NCBI GenBank assembly: GCA_973895155.1
Contig: OZ316895.1
Location: 3,707,659-3,771,658 of the forward strand
Source: Marsupella aquatica
Taxonomy: Eukaryota; Plantae; Marchantiophyta
Length of the DNA: 64,000 nucleotides
Direction: 5' to 3'
Shown: one piece after another, positions 32,537 through 46,890 of the stretch
How the letters are laid out: every line of letters starts with the position of its first letter
Position numbering within the stretch: position 1 is the stretch's first letter
Made by a program: the position numbers and the translations under genes
The notes under the pieces: generated by a model
The model's input: only the letters and a program-made list of their open reading frames with translations
Databases searched by the model: none
Told to the model about the DNA's origin: nothing

Positions 32537-35500
32537 ATGGAGCGGGGGCCAGGGGGGAGGAGTAGAGGAGGGGCGGGAGCTATGGGGGCATTGGGGGGCG
32601 AGGGAGGAGGAAGGAGTGTGGCGGAAGTCCAATTGTTTAGGGAGGATGTGGTACAGAGCCTTGCGCAGCCGTCAATGATCGGAGTAGTGTCGAAAGTGGG
32701 AGGGGATTCAGACAGCGAAGATGAAAGTTCCGACAGCGAGGAATCGGAGGAGGAAGACGAGGAAGAGATTCCGGACGGAGCGGCAAGGATTTGCTGGATT
32801 AACACGGATGAATCCACGGAGAAGGTAGGGGACTTGAAGGTCATTGATCGCGCGTTTCTGCACGGAGACATTGTGGCGAAAGCGAGTGATCCTCTTGGGC
32901 ATACCGGAACCGTGGTCAATGTAGAGATGATGGTTGATTTGGAGCTGCCGAATGGAGTAATTATGAAGGACGTGAATAGCAAGAGGTTGCGCCGTGTGAG
33001 GGCTTTCGCTTTAGGAGATTATGTAATTTACGACATGTGGCTCGGACGTGTAGAGGAAGTTTTAGATAATGTGACGGTATTGTTTGATGATGGGGCCAAG
33101 TGTAAGGTCATGAGAGCCGATACTGAACGGCTTAGTTCCCTGCACGATACTGTGATGGACGATTCGGGCTGCCCCTATTTTCAGGGCCAGAGAGTCCGCG
33201 TCGATTCTGCTTCTGTTTTTAAGAGTGCTAAGTGGCTCAAAGGAAGCTGGAAGGCCAGTCGCACGGAGGGCACCGTCGTAGAGCTAGAGGCTGGTACTGT
33301 GGTTGTCTATTGGATAACGGCAGGAAATGTGTTGAATGGAAGTTCGCAGCCATCAGCTGTCCCCAATGACGAGGTCGAAGCGTGTAAATTACTACCTATG
33401 ATCTATTTTTCTCACACCAATTGGCAGCTTGGAGATCGTTCCTTACCGCCCACCAGAATGCGCCCCATAACTGTGGTCCCGACAATGGAGGGCGCTCATG
33501 TGGATGGAATTCCTTCAGACGGTGATGCAGAATCTTCGTTAGACAGCAGCAGCAATGTGGCACGTAGTTCGGACTCTGTGGATTTAAATTCCTGCGGAAC
33601 CGGAGAGAGCTGTAGCAAGCCCGGGGGAGAAGCTTGGACATTGCATCGGCGGAAGGGAAAGCAGCAGCGAAGACCAGCCAAACGAGAGAAGAAACTGCAG
33701 AAAAAGGACAAACCAGTAGAATATGCTGTATTGGTAGTGAACACGAGAACTACAGTAGACGTGTTGTGGCAAGACGGAAGGATCTCTCATGGGGTCGATG
33801 CTTGTTCACTCGTTCCGGTGGATCATCTGGGTGATCATGATTTTTGGCCCGAACAGTACGTCATGGAAAGAGGCGCAGACGGGGAGGGATTAGATGACGT
33901 TCCTAGACGGGTAGGTGTTGTGAAGGCAGTGGATGCGAAGCAAAGAACTGCGTCTGTTCGCTGGCTGAAGATTGTAAATCGGCCTGAGGAACCTCGGGAG
34001 TTTGAATCAGAGGAAATTGTGAGTGTCTATGAGTTGGTTGAACATCCAGACTACTCCTACTGCTTGGGTGACGTGGTCATCCGATTAATTTCTGCGCTGA
34101 GCTCTGCAGAGGGCAATCCTCGTTTGGCAGACTCCGAAATTGCAGTCAAGTCAGAAGTTGATCAGGAAGAAAACGATCGTGAGGTTACTGGACGAAAGAA
34201 AAAAAAGAATAACGTGCAACGCAGCACCCCGAAAGTCGAGCCTTCCTCGCAAGACTTATCCTGGGTTGGTGTCATTATAGGGCTCCAAGATGGGGATATC
34301 GAAGTCGCATGGGCGGATGGAATGGTGTCAAAGGTCGGTCTCCTCTCATCTATAATTGATGCCTGATTTGGTCTAGAATTGCAAGCATCATCAAATTGGA
34401 TTCTGGCTGATATCTCTCTCTCTCTCGTGGCCTGACAATTTTTTCCAACTTGGAGAACAGATTGGAAACTGATTACGACCACGGTTGATCCTAGTGAATG
34501 TTCCTTTCATATTTGCGTCTATAGAATACCTTTGGGAAAATTATGAAGTCTTTTTACACATCTCTATCTGTGATTTTTTCCTTGCAAGTATCTAGAAACC
34601 TGTAATAACGCTTAACCAAGGGACTGATTCTAAATCGAAAATTATCTGTTACTGTCCATAAATTGTTCTTTAGCGCGTGAAGCTTCCCTTTCCCACCGGT
34701 TTCAAAACATAAAGTTTCTACTGTTAGTCTCCGTTTGAAATTATCCATTACTGATGGGTTGTTGACAAGAACTTCAGTCCTGGTTTCGTTAGCATCGTAT
34801 GCTGTGAGTGTAGCATGGTATATTGTAGTGAACTGGATGTTAATCTAAGTCTTGTGCGGTAAGGCAAGTGGTTGTTTCTCACTTACTTTGAATTATCCAG
34901 GTTGGGCCTCAAGCGATATGGGTTGTCAATCGGGATCTTGGAGATTCTTCGTCAGCACACACCAGCGATCTCGAAGATGCCGAAGACATAGAGGATGCGG
35001 CCAGCTGGGAGACAGTGGTATCTGACGATGACATCAGCAGGGGAGTTCAGGTATAAAGTCTTTTAGTATTATGAGCTCATAGATGAGAGCGAAGGAAGAA
35101 TGCCTCGGATGAACTTCTATATTTTCTTTCTGTTGATGCATCTTTTCTTAACTATCAGAGAATGAATTGCTACTCTAAACTTACCTTCCCGCAGTACCGT
35201 CTGCTCTTCAGATCCTATCTTAATTTTACCGTGCTTTTCCCACTAGGAAGCAAGTTTATCGTCAACATGATGGTTTGCCTCCAGAGACCTCGATTCTTTC
35301 GTCGTTATCCTCCAGGGTTTACAATCCCATGGACTAAAATTAATTGGCATCTGTGACGTGTAATCTGGGCAGGGTGAGTCAGATCTGCAGGAGGAAAGGT
35401 TTGGATTGGACCACGTAAAAGATGTACGCCAAGGAAGCGAGGAAGACATGGGAGCTGATTCACGTTCAGATTCTAGCGTGTACCATGATGAGGACAAAGT

Positions 35501-38134
35501 AACAGAGGAACATCGTGCTCCAAATTTTGGGGGCCCTTTCAAGCTTCCTCTTGTAGCGTTGGGACTAGTTTCTCGACTTGCCACTGGATTGTTGGGTCTG
35601 AGGGGTGTCAGAAAGGATGCAGATTCGGTGGGTGAAGAAGATATGGCTTCAAGCTCACAATGTCGGACACATTCAGAGGAGCTTGAAAGACGTCGTGATG
35701 GAGATGCAGCTTCTGGAGAGCAAACGCCACTTTCTCCAGATAAATGGCGTCTTGCGGAGGACGGGGATTTGAGCAAAAATGATACTCTTGAAAGGCTCGC
35801 TGAAGCTGTGTTTAGCTCAATGGCCTCAGAGGAACAAGAACAGGATGTAACGCCATCAAGCACACCAACCGATGCTGAGTCTGAGGAACGAGGAGAGAGT
35901 CCTCTTGATCCCTTGAAGATATTGGATGACGAGGAGAAGGAGCATTTTGTAGATACCTTCAGTACTCTGAAGGGTTCACCCGAACCGGAGATGGGAAATA
36001 TGGCCGGTGCTATAAAGCACTTTGACTGTGTGAAAGATGCATCCGATCATCACTACATTGGTGAAACCGCCCAGGTAACTAAGATATTCTACTCTGAACG
36101 AGATTCCGTTATTGTTTGTCGTTGCCAGTCTGGGATGATTACAACAGTAATTTTCAGCTCTAGTTGAATTCCGGGCACTTTTCTCTTGATTGGTAAAAGA
36201 AATTCAATGAGAGGCCGCAGAAGTAGAATTGATATCGCCTTGCCTTTTGTTGTGTAATATTCGATTTTTTTACGTTGTCATGGTAATCTTGCAGCCAACA
36301 AATCGTCGGAAATGGGTAAAAAAGATTCAGCAGGAGTGGAGCATATTGGAAAGGAACCTTCCTGGTAAGCTTCCTGAATGACTGCAGACTACCCTTGTGG
36401 CTTTTTGTCAATTTCAAATGCACTTGGCTTGTGTCCCAATGTAACGATCGAGCAGAGGAGTAATTAGTGTGTCCCTCTTGAGATCATCATGAGTTTGTTT
36501 TTGTAAGACTTGTATGACTTTGCATCAAAACCATTGCAGATATCGCACGTTTTTTCACTCTGCAGTCGTCCATAAGCTATCCCTGCTAAGAAGGTTGTGC
36601 GTGTTGATCGGTTGGGGGAGTGCAGTTGATGATCACTAAGATCTTTTACGGAACAAAGATAATCATGCATCTCATTGTTGACGATGACGTTCTTTCACTC
36701 TCCTTTTCTTCAGATACCATATATGTTCGAGTTTACGAGGACCGCATGGATCTGCTGCGAGCTGTTATTGTTGGAGCAAAGCAAACACCATATCACGATG
36801 GGCTCTTCGTTTTCGACCTCTACATGCCTCCGGAATATCCTAGTGCCCCGCCAGTAAGTGCAGCACTGATGTTTCTCAGTTCTTTCTGAAGAGGCATTAA
36901 CTCAATAGTAAGGGGAACAAGGTAATAACTATTCTGTTTTGACCACCTTCTAATTCCCACGTATGGATATTCTATGCAGGTAGCACATTACCATTCAGGC
37001 GGACTGCGCTTAAATCCAAACCTTTATGAGAATGGCAGGGTCTGTCTGAGCCTCTTAAATACATGGACTGGAAAGGGGTCGGAGATATGGCATCCCTCAA
37101 CATCGAGCATACTACAAGTACTGGTTTCCATCCAGGGTTTGGTTCTCAATGAAAGGCCATATTTTAATGAAGCAGGGTACGATAAGCAAGTTGGCACAGG
37201 AGAAGGAGAGAAGAATTCTTTGGTATATAATGAGAACTCGTTCTTACTTTCATGCAAGTCGATGCTCTATCTTCTAAGACGGCCACCAATGGTACGTGCT
37301 AATTTTTGCCTGGTGCAACCTTGACACGTGATCTACTCATTTTTGCTGCAATATTTTCAATCACGCGTACCTTATTTTTGTTTCGCTCTTTTTTATCAAC
37401 TCATTTTCGCTAGAGAGTGGGGTTTGACGTTGGGACGGAACGGGAAGATAAAGTTGAAACTGCGGGCAGATGTATATTCGTAACACTATCGTAAGCAATC
37501 TGAATGAACAACAAGATCAGGGCAGTGTAAAGAGAGTGAACCTGGTACAATTTATCAAAGGAGCAAGAAGATAGAAGACGACCAAAATAGTTCAAGAGTT
37601 TCCCAAAACTCAAACTTCAGAACTGGCCTTGAGGATTATAGTTTGCGATTTCGCGTAGGGAAGGTCGTTCTCAGGCATATGAGCTTTTCTCCACTTACTC
37701 TATCGGGCAAGGACACAAAAGACTTATAGATTCTATTTGTTGAAAAAACTAAATAAAGACGAACGTCTTTCTTTCCATGCGTATTGAAAGATGGCTAATA
37801 ACATTAGAACAAGGAGATGCAGCAGCATTCGTAAGGAAAGAGTTGTCGGAGGTAATTTTTGACGTGGAACCATAATAATTTGTCTTTTGTGTTGCTGCAG
37901 CATTTTGAATATTTCATTAGGGATCATTTTCAAAAGCGTGGCCAAAATGTACTACTGGCATGTAAGGCTTATCTAGCCGGAGCTGCGGTGGGGTCCTTGA
38001 CGGAGTCAGATTTGTCGAGCGTTGAGGACAGGAAATATGATGATCAGAGTTCTGCAGGTTTTAAACTAATGCTGAACAAACTTGTTCCAAAGCTTGCTGC
38101 TGCTTTTGAGAAGGTGGGTTCAAAAACTCAATGA
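32537..38134 (+). CDS. UBC23: Large E2 ubiquitin-conjugating enzyme, UBC23/PHO2 (UBE2O) family, multi-exon
   Basis: Long first exon with VIDRAFLHGDIV and DHDFWPEQYV. UBC exons: WVKKIQQEWSILERNLP, IYVRVYEDRMDLLRAVIVG...TPYHDGLF, active site NPNLYENGRVCLSLL. Last exon HFEYFIRDHF...KTQ ends in TGA at 38132-38134. Confidence 0.92.
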
Positions 38135-40912
38135 CTCTTTCGGTGATGGAGGCGAGCCGATAGTCTTGATTGTTAGCTCACAAGTTTTGTATCACCTACC
38201 ATTTATGGTACGAGGTCTACTGTTCGAGGTGTCTGGTGTTTTACTCCAGATCCATTGCCTCCTTCGGGGAAAATAGGTACAGCGTGTGGCTTGCTCGGTA
38301 AGCACACGAACCCAAGTCGCCATATTCGTTCTTCAGTTTTTGCTAGGTGTACTCTGTCCAAACTCTGTCCAGAACTATCAAGATAAAGATCTTTTTGTCC
38401 CTGACGGCTTGTGTCATCGTATCATCACAATCCTGAATTCCGAATGGTAATTCTTTGATGAGCCACAATTGTATTTACGAGAGCAGGTTTGAACTTTAAT
38501 AAAGATTACGATGCGAGAACGTTACTGTAGTGGGTGACAGTTGGTGAGCAGAGTGGTTGATATTTTTATTTCAAGGAACTAAAGCTCCCTGTGCATTACA
38601 GTCGGGCCTCTGCATTTCAGACGAATGTAGTGGTTGATAGGACAGTATCAGGGATCAGTGTACAAAAGATAGATCATTGCCCCACATATTTTTGAATTGA
38701 TTCACCAATTATTATTGACCAGGTCAGGCCGGGAGCTGGTCATTGATTGCACAATTTAAATTGATTCTATTGCTGAGACTTTGAAGTTAGCTGATGCGCA
38801 CAGTATTAGCTCAAAGCTTGACTTAGTCATCGAGCGCGGGTCCCTAATTGTAAACTGGTTAAGAGATAGGGTTCACCATCTACTGAAAATGGGATACTTT
38901 TCTGATGGATGAACCAGTCCTATTTTGTGCGCCACATGTTTTAGCAGGTTCGGTGGGAGAGTGGTATCTCAAGGTATTTGTTTTTGGATGCCTGAACCCG
39001 GAAAGATTAGATATACCCGTTTTTCAATCTGTATGGATGTCAAGCCCAAGTGCATGTCAAGTTTCCCTTTTCTTGCAATATCATGCCAATATCATCGACA
39101 GTATTGGCAAGGAAATGTTGTCAGCAACAATATTCTTTGGCTTCATGCAGATTTCTCTTGGGTAAGTGAGACACGTCTACGAAATCGTGGATTCAGATAA
39201 TACGAAGCACAGTTAGGAAAATTGATGGTGAGATTGGGATCATGAGGCAGAGTCATGGAGACTCCCTCGGCGAGCTTCATGAACCGTTCATCTCATTCTC
39301 CGTGTCATCCAAGGTATGTGAACATTCAATCTGGATTCTGCCTCGTTTTAAATTCATGGATCAACTCAATTGTGATGGAATGGAGTTATCCATCCGAAGT
39401 ACTAAAATGAGTAGTGCGTCCACTGCGTGTTTCTTGTCATCTCTAGTAAGTCGTAGCAAGTTTCTCATGGCCTCATGGCCCGTTTGGGTCTTCGGACTAT
39501 AAATGCACTTATTCTCTCCTCGTTGAAGAGATGGTTGAAGATTATGGGAGGAAGGTCGAGCAAGTGTCCCTGGATAACTGAAGCGGGATTGTCTGGAAGG
39601 CCACCATGGCCAAGTTGGCAGCTCCAAGTATTGTCTGTCCAACAGCGAGCGCAAGTCATGGAGGAATGAAACCTCTGCTTTTTTTATTTGACCAAAAGTA
39701 AATGCCCACCGGCTCTCTCTGAACAGCCATTGTAACCATTGTTTGTCCAGAAATGAGCTTGGTCGTTCTTCTAGCCATATAATTCCAAAGAATTTGCCGA
39801 CGTGGTATTGTTTCATACGCATACTGTGGGGCCAGGGGAAGAGGAGTTGTTGTGACTCCATTCTCTTTGTGAGATACTGGAGTCCCCGTGTACTCGGCAA
39901 CCCAAATACATCTGCTTGTATTGATTTGGAGAAACTATAGGTGAAATGGGGGCAGGCTTAGTGTCGACTGATAATTAAATCTCTCTTGACATCCATAGAA
40001 TTACTTTGACCATGTGTGAGCTTCTGTTACAGAATACATACGTTATGTGTAATGAGGAGTAGGATTAGACTGACAGCAATCCTATTTCTTCTAGGGGTGA
40101 ATCCACGAGAAGATGGAATCGCTGCGGAAAGGGAAGACACCATGCGCTTAAGCAGGAGTGCAAAACACAAATGGATTTGGTATCAAATTCGAATGTATTC
40201 TTGAATAATCTAATTTGAATTCTTGATCGTTGAATTTTGATGTCTGAGTTAAGAGCTTACAGTAGATTAATGAGGATAACAGGGCAAGATTTGCGCAATC
40301 ATATACTTGTAGTAGCCACGAATAAACCATCACAACACTTTATTGAAAACATAATAGATCACAACCTGTCTAACATACCCAAATCATATATTTTCAAGAG
40401 TTTCAATGAGAATGGAAACCACCCTCGACAGGAAGATGCACGTACCGAGTAGATAGGCATACTGCATTATCGGAGGCCCATTTCTTTCAAGACTCATCTG
40501 CAGGCCCTTGACTGTCAGCCATCCTACTATGAGTAATTCTCCACAGGCCATTGGAATTGGGAGGTGCATTTGTCTGCGTGTGGCTCCATCGCTCTATGAA
40601 AGTAAGATTTTCACCATCTATCACTCTAAATTCTGTGCATAGATTTTACAACGTTAAACCTTGACAGTATTCATACACACTTAGTTGGGCAAGATGGTAT
40701 TGAGTGGCTTGACCCCTTCACAAATGATTCAGGGCCTTAGTTATATTATATTTGGAGGCATATCCTTAACCCCTTTCCAAATGATTGAGGGACTTGGAGT
40801 ATATCATAATTGGGGGCAAAATAGTTTTTTCTCAACTTTGACTTCAAGTGACATCTAGTCCAACTGACATGTCATTGCATATCCTGAGCTGAGGCGCTTG
40901 CTTCGACTGATT

Positions 40913-41120
40913 TACATGGCATGGGTACGTCAATAGTATGGGTTTGACTTTAAATGAAAATGCTCAAAAACTTTTCCCCAAACAGAATTTTGATGTCCTA
41001 GCTCAAAACAAAAGGATGTACATGGCATGGGTACGTCAATAGTATGGGTTTGACTTTAAATGAAAATGCTCAAAAACTTTTCCCCAAACAGAATTTTGAT
41101 GTCCTAGCTCAAAACAAAAG
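40913..41120. repeat. Near-perfect 106-bp tandem duplication
   Basis: tacatggcatgggtacgtcaatag...gctcaaaacaaaag at 40913 and 41019. Confidence 0.9.
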
Positions 41121-42134
41121 AACTCGTGGCCATGACAACAAGGTAAGGACTTGCCCCAAACTGTTCATAAAGTATCTCTTGAGAAGTTTTTGAAAACAGT
41201 GGATCTTCATATCTTTCTAATATATTAGTGGGGTGGTGCTGCATTTCCTGCCCCTTGTCCTGGTGTTGAGTGGTATTGTTGTCCCCTTGTTGTCTGCTGG
41301 TTCTCACTTGATTTGGCTGGGAATGAATTACGCCTCAGTTGCATTTTATTGGAGAAAAAGGTGTAGTACTGGCAGAGGGACCACTTCAACTCATGAAATT
41401 TTGAGAGACACTACTATTTTGGTTCTTTTGGGGACTTTGGCAGGCATGAGATGAAAAGTCCGTGAACATATTTTTGCTAGGTTCACTGCAACAATGACTG
41501 CAGGCGGATCTACCAGGGCACAAGAGGGCAAATGTTCCGGCCCTAGTTTATATGTTGTGATAGCCAATCCTTTGCCTCAGGATATTGGTACCATAGTATC
41601 ATCTTTGGCAGGGGCAACAACTATGTGGCCGGGCTACATGGAAATGACGACAACAATGACGACAACGGAGGATTGTGTTGCACAAGGATTGTTGGATAGC
41701 TTCCTCCTGCATGTCAGCAAGGTGTTTGGAGGGCTACCTCATCAGTTCAATGGACTAGTCTGAAAGGTAGCACAGGACACTTGTGTGTATATATGTGCAG
41801 GTTTGATACCAGCATTATCTGTTTTGACCACCCATTTTCAACAATGGCTCTCAGTTGTGTTACAGTTGGTTCAAGCCCATGCTATCCACTAGATCTTACT
41901 AGCAATAAGTACAAGCGCACCTCATCACAGGGTTGTCCCGTGCAGGATGTGCAGGGCAGGCAAAATCTACAGTTGTTAGTACAAATCTAGATGTGCATTG
42001 GCAATTCCTTCTGTACATAGGTTTTGTTACTTAGTGTCTTTTGTAATATCATTATAGCCTTTAGTTTATTGTCCTCTATATAAACTGTTTCTTGCTTTTT
42101 TTGTACTCTGTTGGCCTTCATTAATATATTGTCA

Positions 42135-42710
42135 CTAGCTCCATACCTGTGCATTGCACAAAAGATATCATTATGCAAAATTTGTCAATGTGGAAAAAAA
42201 TTTGTTTGCAAAAAAAAGTTGTTGCACAAAAGATGACATTGTATATTAAGAGACTTTATTGCACAAAAGATATAGTCTGTGGAAAAGATGACATTGCAAA
42301 AAAGACGTTGGTCCCCTGAAGATATCGTTTGCAAAAATGAAGCTGCACAAATATGTCATAATTGATTGTCTAAAACTATTTGTGAGAAAGATGACATTGT
42401 ACAGAAAACTCATTTGTGAAAGATGTTGTCTGCAAAAAAAACTGTCATTGCCAAAAAGATGCCGGTGCATTAAGATGTCATTTGTGGAGAAAATGTTGTG
42501 CAAAAAATGTATTTGTGTAAAAGATAACTATTGTTCATAGAAAAGATGGTGTTAGGCAAAAGATTTCATTCCAAAAAAGATGTGTTTTTTTGTAAAAGAT
42601 AACTATTGTTTGTGGAGAACTTGTTATTGTGAAAAAAGATGTAAATGCATAAGCAATGTTGTTGCACAAAAGATTTTTTGTAAAATATGTGGTTTGTAAA
42701 AACCTTGTGT
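42135..42710 (-). mobile_element. Non-autonomous Helitron-like element (3' end on minus strand)
   Basis: a|CTAG at 42135-42138, hairpin tgtgc-att-gcaca at 42148-42160, followed by aaaagatg-type degenerate repeats. Confidence 0.6.
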
Positions 42711-43499
42711 CATCCAATGGCCATGATTCATTTTGATTCATATTAGTTTTTATAAACTGGCTGCAGCAAAAACATTTGGAAGGATATATATAATGATAAG
42801 ATGAATACAAAATATGTTACAATCTACATCTATAATATGCAATGCCGCCAAAAAGTACTTTCGTCTGCTTACAAACTTGAAAATGGAGGGAATCATCCTA
42901 AGCCGTCAGATTATTTTTAAGTTTTTTGTTTTAAATTTTTTGTGTACTCTTGGATTGATTGACCAGGAGTGTCAAATGATATACTTCTCTTTATTATAAT
43001 ATAATACAGACTACATGAGATGATTCTTATGTACATTCTTATCTGACATCATCTAAAATGTATCTTTCTCTTTTATTAAATTACACACATCCCAACCAGA
43101 AACTCATGGGGCGTGTCAAACTTTTAGGATTTTGCATAGAGTATGATTATGTATTACTCTCCCAGCCTCCCAGGGTATCATGAATACCCAAGATAAAGGG
43201 GAAACTTTTGGGGCATGTCAAACTTTTGGATTTTGCATAGAGGATGATTATGTATTACTCTCCCAGGGTATCATGGATACTGCAGATAAAGGGAAAAAGC
43301 CACAAGGAGTGAGAGGGTTGGTTTACTAAGATAAAGGGAAAAGAAGAAGTAAAATAAAGTAGTGGACATGGAAAAACTACAAAGCAAGAAAATGATAGAG
43401 GGGATAACATTTTTGCCAGCCCAAGAGCTTTTCCATGATGGAAAACTTATAGTTTTTTGTGCATAAAAATACTTATGTATCAAAAACTTGAAAAATTGA

Positions 43500-44621
43500 A
43501 CATTGAAACAAAAAGTGTTTCCCTCCTCAACATTGTTGTCTTGCCTCAACATCTTTGTCTTGCTTTCACCTTGACATTTTCACTCGCTTCGACATTGTTG
43601 CCTTGCCTTGACATCTTTCCTTTGCCTCTACATCCTTGCCTCGCCTCAAATTCTTCTGGGCATGGGGCTATCACACAATAAGGGACCCCATCCATTTATG
43701 GGCATCATCTGCTTACAACCGCAAGATTGGGCCGGATTCAACCTCAACCATTAGATGGAAAAGAATTTTTTTGTTGACCCTTGATCTGCAAAACTCCATT
43801 AATAGCTCTGGATACTATCTCCTCTAACTCCCTTTTGATATGTTGGGTTTCTCCCCCTTTGCCTTTTGTGTCTGTCTTTTTGCTTTTATTTCCTTTATAA
43901 TTTATTTCTAAACATTGTCTTTCTCTGTAATTATTTGTCTTTTGCCTTGCTTTGACCTTGGTTTGACCTCGCTTGACCTCTTTCCCTCCCCTCAACATCT
44001 TGCCCTCGCCTCGACATCTTTGCATCTCCTTGGTATCTTGCCCTCGCCTCAACATCTTTGCATCTCCTCAACATCTTACATCTTACCCTCTCCTTGACAT
44101 CTTTGTCTCTCCTTGACACCTTGCCCTCGCCTCAACATCTTTGCCTCTCCTCGACATCTGGCCCTTGCCTTGACATATTGCCCTCATCTAAACATTTTTG
44201 CCTCTCCTTGACATATTTCCCTCCCCTCGACATCTTGCCCTTGCCTGGACATCTTTGCTTCTCCTCGATATCTGGCCCTCGCCCCGACATCTTTGCCTCT
44301 CCTTGACATCTTTGCATCTCCTCGACATCTTACCCTCTTGATATCTTTGTCTCTCCTCGACATCTCTCCTCGGCTTGCCTCAACATCTTGCCCTCACTCG
44401 CCATCTTGCTCTCACCTCAAAATGTTGCATTCACCTCAACATCCAGCCCTCACTCAGAATCTTGCCCTCACCTCGACGTCTTGCCCTCACCTAGAAATCT
44501 TGCCCTCACCTCAACATTTTGCCCTCACTTGAAATCTTGCCCTCACCTCGACATCTTGCTTTCACTCAAAATCTTGCCCTCACTTCAACATCTTTTTTGC
44601 AACGCATGGGCATGGGGCTAG
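43500..44621 (+). mobile_element. Non-autonomous Helitron-like element(s) built from cctcgacatcttgccct-type repeats
   Basis: Ends in tgcaacgcatgggcatgggg-CTAG|t (CTAG at 44618-44621). A degenerate copy of the end, gggcatggggctat, lies at ~43658. Confidence 0.6.
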
Positions 44622-45839
44622 TGGTAAGATAAATACAAACTAAAGCAGGAAAAATAGCAAGCAGGCCTAAAGAGAGATGAGAAAATTCTCTAGCTGCCCA
44701 CTAGGGTGTTAGTCTTCTAGGCCACTTACTGGTATTTTTGGTTGGTTGTTCCCTTTTAGTTGTGGGGGACTCCTTGCCTTGGTGGGCCTTTTTGGCCTTC
44801 ACTTGGCTTTTTACTCTCCCTTTTCCCTTTATTAAGAAGTCTCAAACCTTGGAGTTGTGGGGAAAATACAACGCCAGGAACTATCAGTTTCGGTCATGGT
44901 TCAGAGTTCTGGGAAAAAAAGACGCCTGGAACTACCAGTTTTGGTCATGGTTCAGCATTGCACGGACATGGAGTTTTGTGTCCGTCACTTTTTCCCCGGG
45001 AATCAGTCCTTGACCGCGACAGGAGGCAACAATGCGACACCTATTCTATTGGATTGCTTTGCCTTTGGGACCCTTTCTACATTTTGGCGTTTTTGTTCTT
45101 TGTCACTCTAATATATTCAATCCAAGGATACGTTAGATGAACAAACTCTAGCGAAACGAACAATCATCAATCCAAGGATACGTTCACTGACTGCCATGCG
45201 CTATATAGCCCCCTGCCAAGCTCCACCTACCACCGACGGCCCAGCGGCCCAGCTACTACCAAATGTGCAGCAGGCCTGCGATGGAGGCCGTGATCTGACT
45301 TGCACGGATCGGGTCTTCTGAACTCCTCACAATCGCGCCTTCAGTCGGAGAGTAATTTGGGGAGCAGTGGAAGCAGGAATAGGAGCTGAAGGAGGAAGCT
45401 ACGAGTTTTCGTCAAGGGATGATCGACGATGGAGCTTTTCTGGGAAGATAGAGAAAGAGATGAGAGCGGGATAGCAGGGTGAGCTGGTACCCCTGGGAGT
45501 AGATAGTCATTTCAGCTCAGGAATGTGGTTGGGAGGAACGACTGTAACAATGCACGCATGCATTTGGAGAGAAGCATCACCCCGAATTAGCTGTAATGCC
45601 CCCTCCGTGTCTCGCTCCCCTTCAGAACAATGCTTGCACATCACCAGGCCTCCTGCTTGCACGGTGAGTTTGCTTTTGGGTAGATGTTTCGCCTTCTTCT
45701 GAAAAGAGCTAGCTACCTCCTCGTTGTGTCCGTTCACTGAATTGAAAGTAGACCAGCACGCTAGGCCCACGTTTGGACGTAGTTGCATTCCAGGCATTTG
45801 CCTCAAAATCAAAATTTACCGACTACAGAGTGAACGTCC

Positions 45840-46890
45840 ATGCAGCCGATTGGGCTGGAAGGACAACCTCAGGTCAGTCAGAGCGCTGATTCTGAGCCCA
45901 TGAAGAAGGAAGTCGAAGAGAATGACAGAAGGTCGGGGAGCGAAAACATAGAGGGTGGTTCCGGAGATGACCAGGATCCCGACCGCCCGCCTCAGTTGCA
46001 GAAGAGCTACCATGGCCATACTCCGAGACAAATTCGGGAGATGGAAAGGTAACATTTGACAGCTTCGCTTTACCTAGTGAAGGTCTTCAACGTCCTCCGC
46101 CCTTCAACCTGTGTAGTTAATCAACATCAGTTTTGCTTGCTAGACTGTATGAATGTAGCTTCTCGGAAGTCCTTCATTGCTGCATTTTATGGACCCGGGT
46201 CGAAAATTGTGTTGACATCACGAACTGAACTTAACAAGATTTGGCTCTGTAGGGTTTTTAAGGAGTGTCCTCGCCCAGATGAAAAGCAGAGGCAGGAGCT
46301 GTCGAAAGATCTTGGCCTCCAGCCAAGACAAGTCAAATTCTGGTTTCAAGGGATGAGGACGCAACTGAAGGTGAGACAATGAAACATGCTACGCTCTATC
46401 ATAGCTGTGCATCCCTGCTGATTGACTTGGGGGCCACTTGTCACACAGGCTCGGGAGGAACGATCCGAAAAAAGCATGCTGCGTGCTGAGAACGAGAAAC
46501 TTCGTGTTGAGAACGCTAGCATGCGTGAGGCCATAAAAACCGCCTCATGCAGTTCCTGCGGAGGACCCGCTAAGATGTACTTCGACGAGCAATGTCCTCC
46601 GACGAGCAATAATTGAGACTCGAAATTACCCGCCTTGAGAAAAGGTGAGTGCTAAGAAAGGGTGTGTCCACTGCCAGTAGGGAGTGTCTTATTTGGAGAG
46701 TGTCACGTAGGTTGACTTCTAGAAGTACGTCATGACTGATGAGTTACTTACTCATCCGCATCTTTCGGTTTCTGCACGGTTTTCATTGAATTCTACGTCC
46801 GCATGGCAGCTCGATAGGGTCTCAGGCATGGCCGCCAAAGATGTGGGTCAGCCTCTTCAGTCAGTGGGGGCTTCACCAAGATGGAGGCAG
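45840..46890 (+). pseudogene. Truncated class IV HD-ZIP (GL2/PDF2/HDG-like) homeobox gene lacking START domain
   Basis: Exons 45840-46048 (SGSENIEGGSGDDQD..YHGHTPRQIREME), 46253-46370 ([26 protein letters not shown]), 46449-46644 ([16 protein letters not shown]) and 46810 onward (LDRVSGMAAKDVGQP). A 17-nt duplication frameshift and a TAA occur in the zipper. Confidence 0.8.

Noticed and set aside
39240-39940. 179-aa ORF 39361..39900 and overlapping ORFs
   Set aside because: Non-ATG start and no recognisable motif; cannot be supported as a gene.
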